A DNA stretch of 63,956 nucleotides, the filler included, from Octopus bimaculoides (lineage: Eukaryota), in NCBI RefSeq assembly GCF_001194135.2. It is 6 parts of 5 records of this genome, joined end to end, with 100 filler letters (N's around TTAATTAATTAA, not from the genome) between each part and the next. Parts side by side here need not be neighbours in the genome. Positions count along the whole stretch, not along the records: positions 46,866 to 58,391 come from NC_068994.1; positions 58,492 to 59,828 come from NC_068994.1; positions 59,929 to 61,394 come from NW_026431922.1; positions 61,495 to 63,956 come from NC_068984.1; 2 more parts are not named here. One strand, given 5' to 3'. The notes below the pieces were generated by a model that saw only the letters and a list, made by a program, of their open reading frames with translations, did no database searches and had not been told where the DNA came from. Positions 53,004-63,956 of this stretch are shown here, in pieces. The position numbers and the translations under genes are program-made. Position 1 is the stretch's first letter, and each line of letters begins with the position of its first letter.

Positions 53004-54429
53004 AGATTATGCAGGGTTTACACAGAATGCAGCAATGACCCCCAAAAGGTATGTCTACACATACCTTACGCACCTTGTAGATATATAGATATATAGATAA
53101 ATGGATGACATAAAAACATGATTTAATGCCTGATATTCCGTAAACAAATCTATAAAGAACAGGTCTCGGGCTGTGACCGAAGAACCCACTTTGGCGACTG
53201 AGAAACCATCCTGCCTAAAATTCCACAGCCTACTTGATTTCCATCGTTGTCAAATAAAGCTATTTATGTTTTTACAAATTTAATAGTGAATAAATACAAT
53301 ATAAACGTATCCATATAGAGAATTTCTGTATAAACATAAAACGTGAATTCACGTTAATATAAAGCTCAGTAAATAACACGCTACTAAGCTGCAACATCTC
53401 ACGACATCCCAATAAACCCAGATGGTGCCAACGCGCATGTATGTATCTACATAGTCATTCAAACGATCTCTGTGATATTTTGCATAGGTATGTTACTTAT
53501 TTAGAGCTTAAAAGCAGAAAAATATATATTTCACATATAGCTCCTGACTTAAGTATGATCAAAAGCTGTTTCGTTAAGATAAACACCATTTGTGATACAT
53601 AAGTCGAATTAAAGTAATCTGAGTTAAAATTATCTAAAATCTGTATTTCTTTAACTCATCAGAAATGTTGTGTTATGTTAGAAAACCGTTAGTGGTTTCA
53701 ATTGATTTAATTAAAATTTATTGTGTATCATAATTATGCAATTATTTAATGATGTTTATCTTTATGCAACAGGTGTCGAATGCATTTTAATATGAACTAT
53801 ACGTGACATTTCTACATATCTGCTTTTTTGCTAAATATGTTATTCTTAAAAATCATTTTAGCTGTTTTAAATGTAGATCGGTCGCGCTTGGGTTTACGCT
53901 AATGTATTAAAAATAATTTATTTGCTCCCACAATAGGTTCTTACCATTCTGATGCTTACCAATGAGTTCCTGGTATATATAGAATAACATTTTAACATCG
54001 ATACATCTTTTATCTTCTCTTTTTTGTTTCAGTCATTAGTCTGCGACCCTTCGGGGGCACCACCTTGAAGGGTTTCATTTGAAAAGAATGAGCCTAGTAC
54101 TTATTTTTCAAGTCTCGTACACCGAACCACTATGTTACGGGAGACTCACTTTAAAACTACAAAGCTTAGGCAAAAAGAAAAGCTCTGCAGTGTCGAGGAT
54201 CGTTTTACATAACCACTTTAGAAGTTCTTCTGCATGGTCTTCGGACACGAAGAAATTGCCCTCATCAATACTTTAATATCAATAGCCCTCAGTGTGTGGA
54301 GCAGAAGAGCTATAAAGCAACCATTGATGTAGAGGGGTTTTTTTTTGGTATGAAATCAGTTCATTAACGTTCAGTTACTAAGTATGAACATTTCTTGTAG
54401 TCAAATTCCATTCCGGTATCAACAGAAAG

Positions 54430-54990
54430 CTATAAACTATAACATTAAACCCAGCTGTTATTTTTAGACGTTGTAGAGATTCTCATTATAGATCGTTAGA
54501 TCGTTAGCCAAGTGATAAACGACCGCCGGAGGGTTAAGCGTCAACTTAGAATTTCTTGTAGTAAAACCATTGAACTGTGGATGAGTACTTGACTGTTTGT
54601 GAATGTGTTTGGAGAAAGACTCATCTACAGCCTTTACGCCCAGATCACGAATGCATTCAGTGATTTTGATTGTTTCTTTGTTTGAGGCATGATAAAACTT
54701 CGTTGGGTGTGCTACTGGTTGTAGAGACTATAGGCATTCAACATGTTATTGTTATTTGCTTAATCTTATACGGCATCTTTATTATTGTAGTCATTTGCCT
54801 AAGTATATCTGCTGGTGTTAGAGAATACACAGATCTTCATTTGTTTTGATATCCAGTGAGACTATACAGTGTCGTCTGCTTAACGATTCAGTGTCGTCTG
54901 CTTAACGATTCAATGTAACTGATCGTTAATTTTTTTAGTCCACATCCGATAATATGATGATATTAGGTCGTCAAGTATGAAATTTGTAGA
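54430..54990 (-). mobile_element. Decayed CR1/Jockey-like reverse-transcriptase fragment
   Basis: Minus-strand remnants ADDT and IRDLGV...FSKHI with stops; includes a 22-bp tandem duplication at 54867-54910. Confidence 0.45.
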
Positions 54991-55347
54991 AAAAAAGTGT
55001 TTGCTAATGTTTTATGAATACAAGGAATAGTTTTATTCATCAAAGTATGTCCCCAATGTTGTCAATACACTTTTGCCATTTCAGCAGTAGCTTGTCCAAC
55101 CCGGAACTGTAAAAGCCTGGCAATTTAGAGTCAATAAAATCTTGGAAGGCCTGTTTTAGAGCATCGTCGGAATTAAATATTTTTCCTATCAAAAAGTTAT
55201 CCAAATTCTGTAAGAAGTGGTAGACAGTGGGGGCAAGATCAGGTGGGTATGGTGGATGATGGAGAACTTTAAACTCCAACTGCAACTGCTGTAGTTTCAC
55301 CAAGTCATTTTTGCGACGTGGGGTCTAGCGCTGTCTTGCAATAAAAT
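54990..55347 (-). mobile_element. mariner transposase 3' remnant
   Basis: LLQDSARPHVAK and HPPYPPDLAPTVYHF...KWQKCIDNIGD match the mariner HDNARPH and YSPDLAP motifs. Confidence 0.85.
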
Positions 55348-55370
55348 AAGAGTGGATTTAATACCCTTTT

Positions 55371-55417
<47 letters not shown>

Positions 55418-55617
55418 NNNNNNNNNNNNNNNNNNNNNNNNNNNNNNNNNNNNNNNNNNNNNNNNNNNNNNNNNNNNNNNNNNNNNNNNNNNNNNNNNNN
55501 NNNNNNNNNNNNNNNNNNNNNNNNNNNNNNNNNNNNNNNNNNNNNNNNNNNNNNNNNNNNNNNNNNNNNNNNNNNNNNNNNNNNNNNNNNNNNNNNNNNN
55601 NNNNNNTATATATATAT

Positions 55618-55649
<32 letters not shown>

Positions 55650-55695
55650 GTAGATGGATATACATATATATATATATATGTGTACATATCTGTGC

Positions 55696-55739
<44 letters not shown>

Positions 55740-56114
55740 GTGTGCGTGTGTGTGCGTGTGTGTGTATTTGCATGAGACCGCCAAAGTGCGTTTTATAGAA
55801 TATGTGCTTCAGTGAATGAGTGTGCAAGTGTTTATTTATGTGTGTGTATGTTTGTGTGCGCGGGTGTGTACATGTGTGTATGAACATGTATGGGTACGTG
55901 GATGTGTAGATGTGTGTCTATGTGTCTGTGTGTCCCTACAGATGTTCAAGAGGGTAACTTCAGTGCATACCAATAATTTGTATGAACCTAAATTTCAAAT
56001 GTTTTTTTTTCTCTTTTTTATTCTGTATATAAACACAGCTCACACTTCTTGTATGTATGTATGTATGTATGCATGTATGTATGTATGCATGTATGCGTGT
56101 ATATATATATATGC

Positions 56115-56149
<35 letters not shown>

Positions 56150-56989
56150 NNNNNNNNNNNNNNNNNNNNNNNNNNNNNNNNNNNNNNNNNNNNNNNNNNN
56201 NNNNNNNNNNNNNNNNNNNNNNNNNNNNNNNNNNNNNNNNNNNNNNNNNNNNNNNNNNNNNNNNNNNNNNNNNNNNNNNNNNNNNNNNNNNNNNNNNNNN
56301 NNNNNNNNNNNNNNNNNNNNNNNNNNNNNNNNNNNNNNNNNNNNNNNNNNNNNNNNNNNNNNNNNNNNNNNNNNNNNNNNNNNNNNNNNNNNNNNNNNNN
56401 NNNNNNNNNNNNNNNNNNNNNNNNNNNNNNNNNNNNNNNNNNNNNNNNNNNNNNNNNNNNNNNNNNNNNNNNNNNNNNNNNNNNNNNNNNNNNNNNNNNN
56501 NNNNNNNNNNNNNNNNNNNNNNNNNNNNNNNNNNNNNNNNNNNNNNNNNNNNNNNNNNNNNNNNNNNNNNNNNNNNNNNNNNNNNNNNNNNNNNNNNNNN
56601 NNNNNNNNNNNNNNNNNNNNNNNNNNNNNNNNNNNNNNNNNNNNNNNNNNNNNNNNNNNNNNNNNNNNNNNNNNNNNNNNNNNNNNNNNNNNNNNNNNNN
56701 NNNNNNNNNNNNNNNNNNNNNNNNNNNNNNNNNNNNNNNNNNNNNNNNNNNNNNNNNNNNNNNNNNNNNNNNNNNNNNNNNNNNNNNNNNNNNNNNNNNN
56801 NNNNNNATATATGTATATATATATATATATATAGAAAGATTTATATAAACTTTACGTCTTTTATGGAGTTGTACTTTCATTGTGCACATGTATGAGTGAG
56901 TGCTCCTCCATACACACATGCGCACACACTCATATATGTCTGCACACACATACACACTGATACAAAGATATAGGTTTGAACAGATATTT

Positions 56990-57039
<50 letters not shown>

Positions 57040-57507
57040 GCATACATAGAAATGTTTATATACATGTGTGTGTGTGTACGTAATTATATATGTGCGTGCA
57101 TGTACGTATGCAAGCGCATACATACATATATAAATGCCAGTGCGTATATAGGTATACACACCGACATACACACTCACGCCGACACCCCCACACAACGATA
57201 CCCCCACACACCGACACCCCCACACCCATGTGTACGTTAGTTCACGTGTGTATCTGTTTATTGGACAATGTTTTGCAGTGTCAAACTGCTCATTACAGCG
57301 CATACCTTATACCCCTTAGCTTACCAATGCCACCCGGATTGTTGGACATCCGGGTACGTATACGAACATCTACCCCTAGAAAAAAAGTTTACACAAAGAA
57401 AACCTGGCGAAAGATGGAGTATTGAGGGTGTTGGTGGTGGCGTTGTTAGTGGTGGCGGTTGTAGTAGAGGTAGTGGTGATGGTATTGGTGTTGTTAGTGG
57501 TGGTAGT

Positions 57508-57895
57508 GGAGGCGCAATGGCCCAGTGGTTATGGTAGCCGACTCGCGGTCATAGGATCGCGGTTTCGATTCCCAGACCGGGCGTTGTGAGTGTTTATTGA
57601 GCGAAAACACCTAAAAGCACCACAAGTCTCCGGCAGGGGATGGTGGCGAACCCTGCTGTACTCTTCCACCACAACTGTCTCTCACTCTTACTTCCTGTTT
57701 CGGTTGTGCCTGTAATTCAAAGGGGTCAGCCTTGTAACACACTGTATCACGCTGAATATCCCCCGAGAACTACTTTAAGGGTACACGTGTCTGTGGAGTG
57801 CTCAGCCACTTGCACGTTAATTTCACGAGCAGGCTGTTCCGTTGATCGGATCAACTCGAACCCTCGACGTCGTAAGCGACGGAGTGCCAACAACA
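57508..57895 (+). mobile_element. Young tRNA-derived SINE (fourth family) within a (TGG)n tract
   Basis: tRNA-like head GGCGCAATGGCCCAGTGGTT...GGTTTCGATTCCC, 3' hairpin GTTGAT-cgg-ATCAAC, (CAA)n tail, many CpGs retained. Confidence 0.75.
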
Positions 57896-58321
57896 GTAGT
57901 GGTAGTAGTGATGGTTGTAGTGGTGATGATATGTGTGGTGGTGGTGGTGGTGGTGGCGGTGGGGATAATAATGGTGATTGTAGTGCTGGTGATTGTAATG
58001 GTATGTGGTGGTAATGATGGTGTTGGTAGTGTTGGTGGTGATGGCGACGGTTCTGTTAGTGATCGCGGTGAGGCTAATGGTATTGGAGGAGGGTGCTGTG
58101 ATGGTAGTGGCGTCGGTGATGGTTGAAGTGGAGGTAGCCATGGTTGCGATGGTGATGATCGAAGTGGTAGTGATGGTGTTAGTGGTGGTGGTTGCTGTTG
58201 CGGCAATGGTGATGGTGAAGTTGGTGAAGATGCCCATGATGGTGGTGGTAGATATTGAATTATGTTTTATCCTTTTAAAAAAATTTTCCGTCTCATTGGA
58301 TTACATACATACATATATACA

Positions 58322-58391
<70 letters not shown>

Positions 58392-58660
58392 NNNNNNNNN
58401 NNNNNNNNNNNNNNNNNNNNNNNNNNNNNNNNNNNTTAATTAATTAANNNNNNNNNNNNNNNNNNNNNNNNNNNNNNNNNNNNNNNNNNNNGTGGTGGTG
58501 GTGGTGATGGTGGCTGTCGTCGTCGTCATCGTGGTGACGGTGGTAGTGGTCGTCGGTCGTGATGGTGGTGGTGGTGGTGGTGGTCGTCGTCGTCGTCGTC
58601 GTCGTCGTAGTGGTGGTGATGGTGGTGGTCGTCGTGGTGATGGTGGTGGTGGTGCTTATG
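57896..58660. repeat. Degenerate (TGG/TGA/TCG)n trinucleotide tracts, interrupted by (TACA/TA)n and a gap
   Basis: Directly visible; source of spurious poly-Val/Thr/His ORFs. Confidence 0.85.
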
Positions 58661-59469
58661 ATGATGACGTGGTACGGTTCTGCATGTCTCCCTAATGTCC
58701 TTCACCTTGTTATGCTGCCTTGTATTTTACGTCACACACTTGTTTACGACTCTGGAAGAAGCAGTCCAATCACTTGTTTACTATATTTCCAGTGTCGAGA
58801 GCGACAAGGAAGTATACAGACATACATACATACAGACAGACATACATACAGACATACATACAGACATGCATGCCTACATACATGCATGCATACATACATA
58901 CATACATACATAATTAGACAGACCGACAGACAAACTGATAGACAGACAGACAGACAGACAGACTGATAGACAGACAGACAGACAGACAGNNNNNNNNNNN
59001 NNNNNNNNNNNNNNNNNNNNNNNNNNNNNNNNNNNNNNNNNNNNNNNNNNNNNNNNNNNNNNNNNNNNNNNNNNNNNNNNNNNNNNNNNTATGTATGTAT
59101 GTATGTATGTATGTATGTATGTATGTATGTATATGGAGGAGTTAGTGAAATTGTTAGAGCATCAGGAAAAAATGCTTGCTGTATGGTATTTATTCTGACT
59201 CTATGATCTGAGTTCAACATTGCCATTCATTTCTTTAGGGCCCCTGAAATAAAAGTACTCATCAAGTACTGGCATATCAACTCGCTCCCTAGCCTCAAAA
59301 CTGCTGACTTCGTATCCAAGCCTGAAGCCACAATTATTCTGGCAGCGAACTGAGAGAATTTCATATTCCTGTACACATTCACACAAGTGAACATTTAACT
59401 TATACACTCTCGTAAAAGTGTTTGTGTGTGTGTGTCTGTCTGATTGTCTTTTTGCCTGTGAGACTCTGC

Positions 59470-59542
<73 letters not shown>

Positions 59543-59791
59543 ATCATCCACCTGCTCACACACATCCCTAGCGCTCATGTATACTATACAAGTGTTTATA
59601 TTAACATTCTTACCGCTCCTTATTCTATATACGCATAGAAACACACACACACACATACACACACCCATACACATACACACAAACACACACACACACACAC
59701 ACACAATCACAAACACACACGCATGCAGGATGTATGTTGGTATATGTGTGTATATATATTTATATACATACATATACATATATATACATAT

Positions 59792-59828
<37 letters not shown>

Positions 59829-60309
59829 NNNNNNNNNNNNNNNNNNNNNNNNNNNNNNNNNNNNNNNNNNNNTTAATTAATTAANNNNNNNNNNNNNNNN
59901 NNNNNNNNNNNNNNNNNNNNNNNNNNNNTCGACAGAAGGCGGTGCTCCAGCATGGTCGCAGTCAAATAACTGAAACAAGAAAAGATTAAAAGAGTATAGA
60001 TATAGATTCACCATATATATATATGGTATATCATTCCAAACTAAAGCTAGGGTTTATAGCATATTAGCATTTGTGTTCTGCCAGTCTGCTCTATGGAAGT
60101 AATGCATGGGTTGTTTATCGTAGGCATTTAAGCCATTTGGAGCGATATCATTAATATTGTTTTAGGAAAATTCTTGGGATAAATTGGAAAATGTCGAACG
60201 CTGATGTGAAGTTACTTTAGTGAGAATTAGTGATGAAAGAGTTTCTAAGCGACTTTTGTATGGTGAGCTAGAAAAGAGTATGCCGAAATCTATTGTCAAA
60301 AGAAATGTT

Positions 60310-60690
60310 GTTGTTGCACCACGATGCGTGCCCACATATGGTCACCCACACCGTTAAAACCATTCAAACTTTGGGTTTCAAGTTTCTGAAACACCTTGCA
60401 TACAATGCTGACCTCGCCCCCTTCCAACTTCACCCTTTTGGATCACTCAGCAATCTTACTAGATCGTAGATTTCCTACTGACGAAAACGCGAAGGAAGTG
60501 GTCCATAAATGGCCACGAGACCTACCGAAAACCTTCTTCTCTGAATAAGCAAGTTTGTCGGCTGTTCGCGGAGGTGCATCGAAAATCAAGGAGACTATGT
60601 CGAAAAGTGATGTGATTGTCCAATTTGATTTTGTTTTAATAAATTTCAGAAAAAAAGTGCTTATAACTTTTAGCTTACCCTTTTATACAT
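60310..60690 (+). mobile_element. Decayed mariner transposase 3' remnant
   Basis: Frameshifted HDACPH...TIQTLGF, HLAYNADLAP...FGSL and RCIENQGDYVEK*. Confidence 0.7.
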
Positions 60691-61357
60691 CTATAACCTG
60701 ATATCTTAAAATGTCCACATAGGATCCGTTGTCGTTGAGCATTGATATGTATTTGGAACTATTGTCGCATGGCTCCAATCAAAAATGTTCGCGAAACGCG
60801 CGTAGGAACTTTAAAATAATGTAAACTTGTGTTTTTCCTTATATTACCTATAGTTCACAACTTGTAATACTACTCAGTATAGTAGTTAATTAACAACTAT
60901 AAAGAAAGCAAACTGGATTATGCAAATCTACGTAGAGCTCTAAACAAATCAGTTGTTATCGTGCATTTAGTTGTACTCTTAATTGCTACAATATATACGA
61001 GGTTTGTTATGACAGAACAGCGAGGGCAGTGAAAAAAACGTATATACTTTACGTGTACCGCATGAGAAGTTAGGCAAATGGCATGGGCGCTTTCGTATAA
61101 ATAATCTGTTACCGTATACTTTTAAATTTAGTTACTACCATCGTTTGGGTCGGTAGACATGGGCGTTCGTTGTCGAACAGTTTATCAGGTATGGTGAATC
61201 TGGGAGGGTTTTTGCTGCACTTTGTATTATATGTTATCGCGCTGAAATTTGATGTCTTTTTTTTTTCTTTCGATTTTATACAACCCTTCGTTAAACTCGT
61301 GCACAAAGACCTACTCTTTAGCTAACTGTCAAATGTTTACTTCAATCGCGAATATTA

Positions 61358-61394
<37 letters not shown>

Positions 61395-61670
61395 NNNNNN
61401 NNNNNNNNNNNNNNNNNNNNNNNNNNNNNNNNNNNNNNTTAATTAATTAANNNNNNNNNNNNNNNNNNNNNNNNNNNNNNNNNNNNNNNNNNNNGTGGTA
61501 GAAGTAGCTGTGGTAGTAGAACTTTAAACTCCAAAATAAGATCATTTTTACTTACTTTTCTCTTGACTTAGCGAGTAGCTTCCTGCTATCGTCATCATGA
61601 GCACCTTTAGTATTGTTGTTATTAGTGGTAATGGTCATAGCAGTAGAAACAGTACCCCTAAGTATTAGTA

Positions 61671-62110
61671 TTATTGTTTATTTAGCTTGGGTTGGAATTT
61701 ATTAATAAAGTTCTTTTCTTTGATTTTTATCCCAATTTCACTTGCACCGTGTAGTTTGTAGTATGGAAATATTATAAATATTTTCCGACCACATGTTGCT
61801 AGATGGTTACTCAAAGGTATCTGACGGACATCTGGGTCTCTAATTTGCTGTCGGTGCACACGTAAACGTTCTGATACTGCATTTCCAGTCTGACCCACAT
61901 ATAGTTCTACACAGTTCGGGCATTTGATGCAGTAAATTTAATTTCTGCTTTTGCAGTTCCTATTTGCGTTTGTGAATATTTTTCCGGTTTTTGTGTCCAT
62001 ATCTTGACCGTATGTATGAATTGACATGTGCGACATCGGCTATCATTGCATTTAGATACAGTGAATGATTGGTCTTTGTTGCTAAGGTCAAACTTTACAT
62101 TTGTTAATAA
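61671..62110 (-). mobile_element. Penelope-like element remnant, GIY-YIG endonuclease end
   Basis: CNDSRCRTC, then (frameshift) N*IYCIKCPNCVELYVGQTG...RLRVH...H...KEKNFINKFQPKLN; typical PLE GIY-YIG with Zn-binding cysteines. Confidence 0.8.
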
Positions 62111-63002
62111 TTTTTTCACACACACACACACACATACAGGAGTATGATTCCCCCCTCAGATTAGATTAATACACTTATTGCAGCGGCTCTTCAATTTTTC
62201 TAAGCCCTGTAAAAGAAGTCGGAAGGTTGGGCCTCTAACCAAGCTTTCACGATACCCTTAAAGCTAGGAACCTTTCAGCCCCGCCTTATATCGGTATANN
62301 NNNNNNNNNNNNNNNNNNNNNNNNNNNNNNNNNNNNNNNNNNNNNNNNNNNNNNNNNNNNNNNNNNNNNNNNNNNNNNNNNNNNNNNNNNNNNNNNNNNN
62401 NNNNNNNNNNNNNNNNNNNNNNNNNNNNNNNNNNNNNNNNNNNNNNNNNNNNNNNNNNNNNNNNNNNNNNNNNNNNNNNNNNNNNNNNNNNNNNNNNNNN
62501 NNNNNNNNNNNNNNNNNNNNNNNNNNNNNNNNNNNNNNNNNNNNNNNNNNNNNNNNNNNNNNNNNNNNNNNNNNNNNNNNNNNNNNNNNNNNNNNNNNNN
62601 NNNNNNNNNNNNNNNNNNNNNNNNNNNNNNNNNNNNNNNNNNNNNNNNNNNNNNNNNNNNNNNNNNNNNNNNNNNNNNNNNNNNNNNNNNNNNNNNNNNN
62701 NNNNNNNNNNNNNNNNNNNNNNNNNNNNNNNNNNNNNNNNNNNNNNNNNNNNNNNNNNNNNNNNNNNNNNNNNNNNNNNNNNNNNNNNNNNNNNNNNNNN
62801 NNNNNNNNNNNNNNNNNNNNNNNNNNNNNNNNNNNNNNNNNNNNNNNNNNNNNNNNNNNNNNNNNNNNNNNNNNNNNNNNNNNNNNNNNNNNNNNNNNNN
62901 NNNNNNNNNNNNNNNNNNNNNNNNNNNNNNNNNNNNNNNNNNNNNNNNNNNNNNNNNNNNNNNNNNNNNNNNNNNNNNNNNNNNNNNNNNNNNNNNNNNN
63001 NN

Positions 63003-63043
<41 letters not shown>

Positions 63044-63956
63044 TATATATATATATACACTATATATATTACATATACATATATACATATAATAAGGATT
63101 ATCATGAAGTAGCATTAGTATTACATTTAATTCTTTTTTATATATACTCAGCTTTACATAGACCTACATATGTCTTTATGTTGGTACCCGTTGCAACTGC
63201 AACCTTACTATAATACCGTTGAATAGCTTACTTTAAATACCTAACTGTGAGCAAACGGGTAAATATTTCGAGAAATCCCTTACTATTTAAACACGCATAC
63301 ACACAGATAGATACTCATCTATATATTACTTTTGGGCACTTCCGCTTGTTCTCTACCGCATTTTTTGTGAAAAGCACAAAACACCGTGCAAAATATGCAT
63401 TAGATATGTATGATGATATCGGCTCATGATGCTTGTTTATGCAGCATATGAAACTTAGAGACTTCACAGTCTCATATTTAATTTAATATGACTGTATATG
63501 AAGTTCACTGTACAATTATGTATTTCCGGTTTCAGTCGCATTGCGAGAAAGCTTGGCCATGAACTTCTACCAATGTTTCGTGTTGATAAATATTTTGTGA
63601 GTGGAAATTTATATTGATCAGGTATATTTATAAGTGTATGAATATATATAGATATGCGTGTGTATATACATATTTGTGTGTATGCATATATATACATATA
63701 TATGTGTGTATGTGTGTGTTAATGTATTTTGTATTTATATCCCTTTGTGTCCATATCTGTTCGAAATATAGATATAGACACGTGACTCAACTAAAAACGG
63801 CGATACGCTCAACTAAATGTTTGAAAGTGTCTGTGCACCATGGCTGCAGTCCAGTGACTGAAACCAGTAATATAATGCTGTTTCCAATATATTTACATGA
63901 ATGACTGTACTTACATTTATACATACACTTATATATATATATATATATATATATAT

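Noticed and set aside
57511-57585. tRNA-like sequence
   Set aside because: It is the head of a SINE continuing into a family body and tail, with no complete cloverleaf
57823-58439. Pro/Thr/His-rich and Val/Gly-rich ORFs
   Set aside because: Translations of degenerate (TGG)n microsatellite with no splice context or homology
61575-61612. Hammerhead-like remnants (minus strand here; also 63421-63462, 46633-46650, 40195-40215)
   Set aside because: Core nucleotides or stem II/GAAA geometry are missing; the 46.6-kb case is a variant SINE tail

Overview
AT-rich, microsatellite-dense, gapped animal genomic scaffold. The tRNA-derived SINE families point to a coleoid cephalopod, most likely Octopus (inference). 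It holds parts of two + strand intron-containing genes. (1) The 3' half of a cGMP-inhibited cyclic-nucleotide phosphodiesterase (PDE3): 10 phase-consistent exons at 2859-19946 covering the whole catalytic domain, the PDE3-specific insert and a Ser/Pro-rich tail. (2) An internal portion of STIL (centriole-duplication protein): 7 phase-consistent exons at 29953-43636. Its N- and C-terminal exons could not be found, and the segment lies between artificial TTAATTAATTAA scaffold joins. The rest is SINEs, LINE remnants (RTE, CR1/L2-like, R4/Dong, Penelope), mariner/Tc1 remnants, MITEs and simple repeats. The most notable non-coding signal is a 308-bp tandem repeat at 47311-47960 in which each unit carries a minimal type I hammerhead ribozyme (retrozyme or Penelope pLTR-like). 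Also notable are two copies of a ~205-nt fold-back element downstream of the PDE3 stop that end on AATAAA, and several long intronic inverted repeats. Family assignments come from motif recognition by eye, not database searches.
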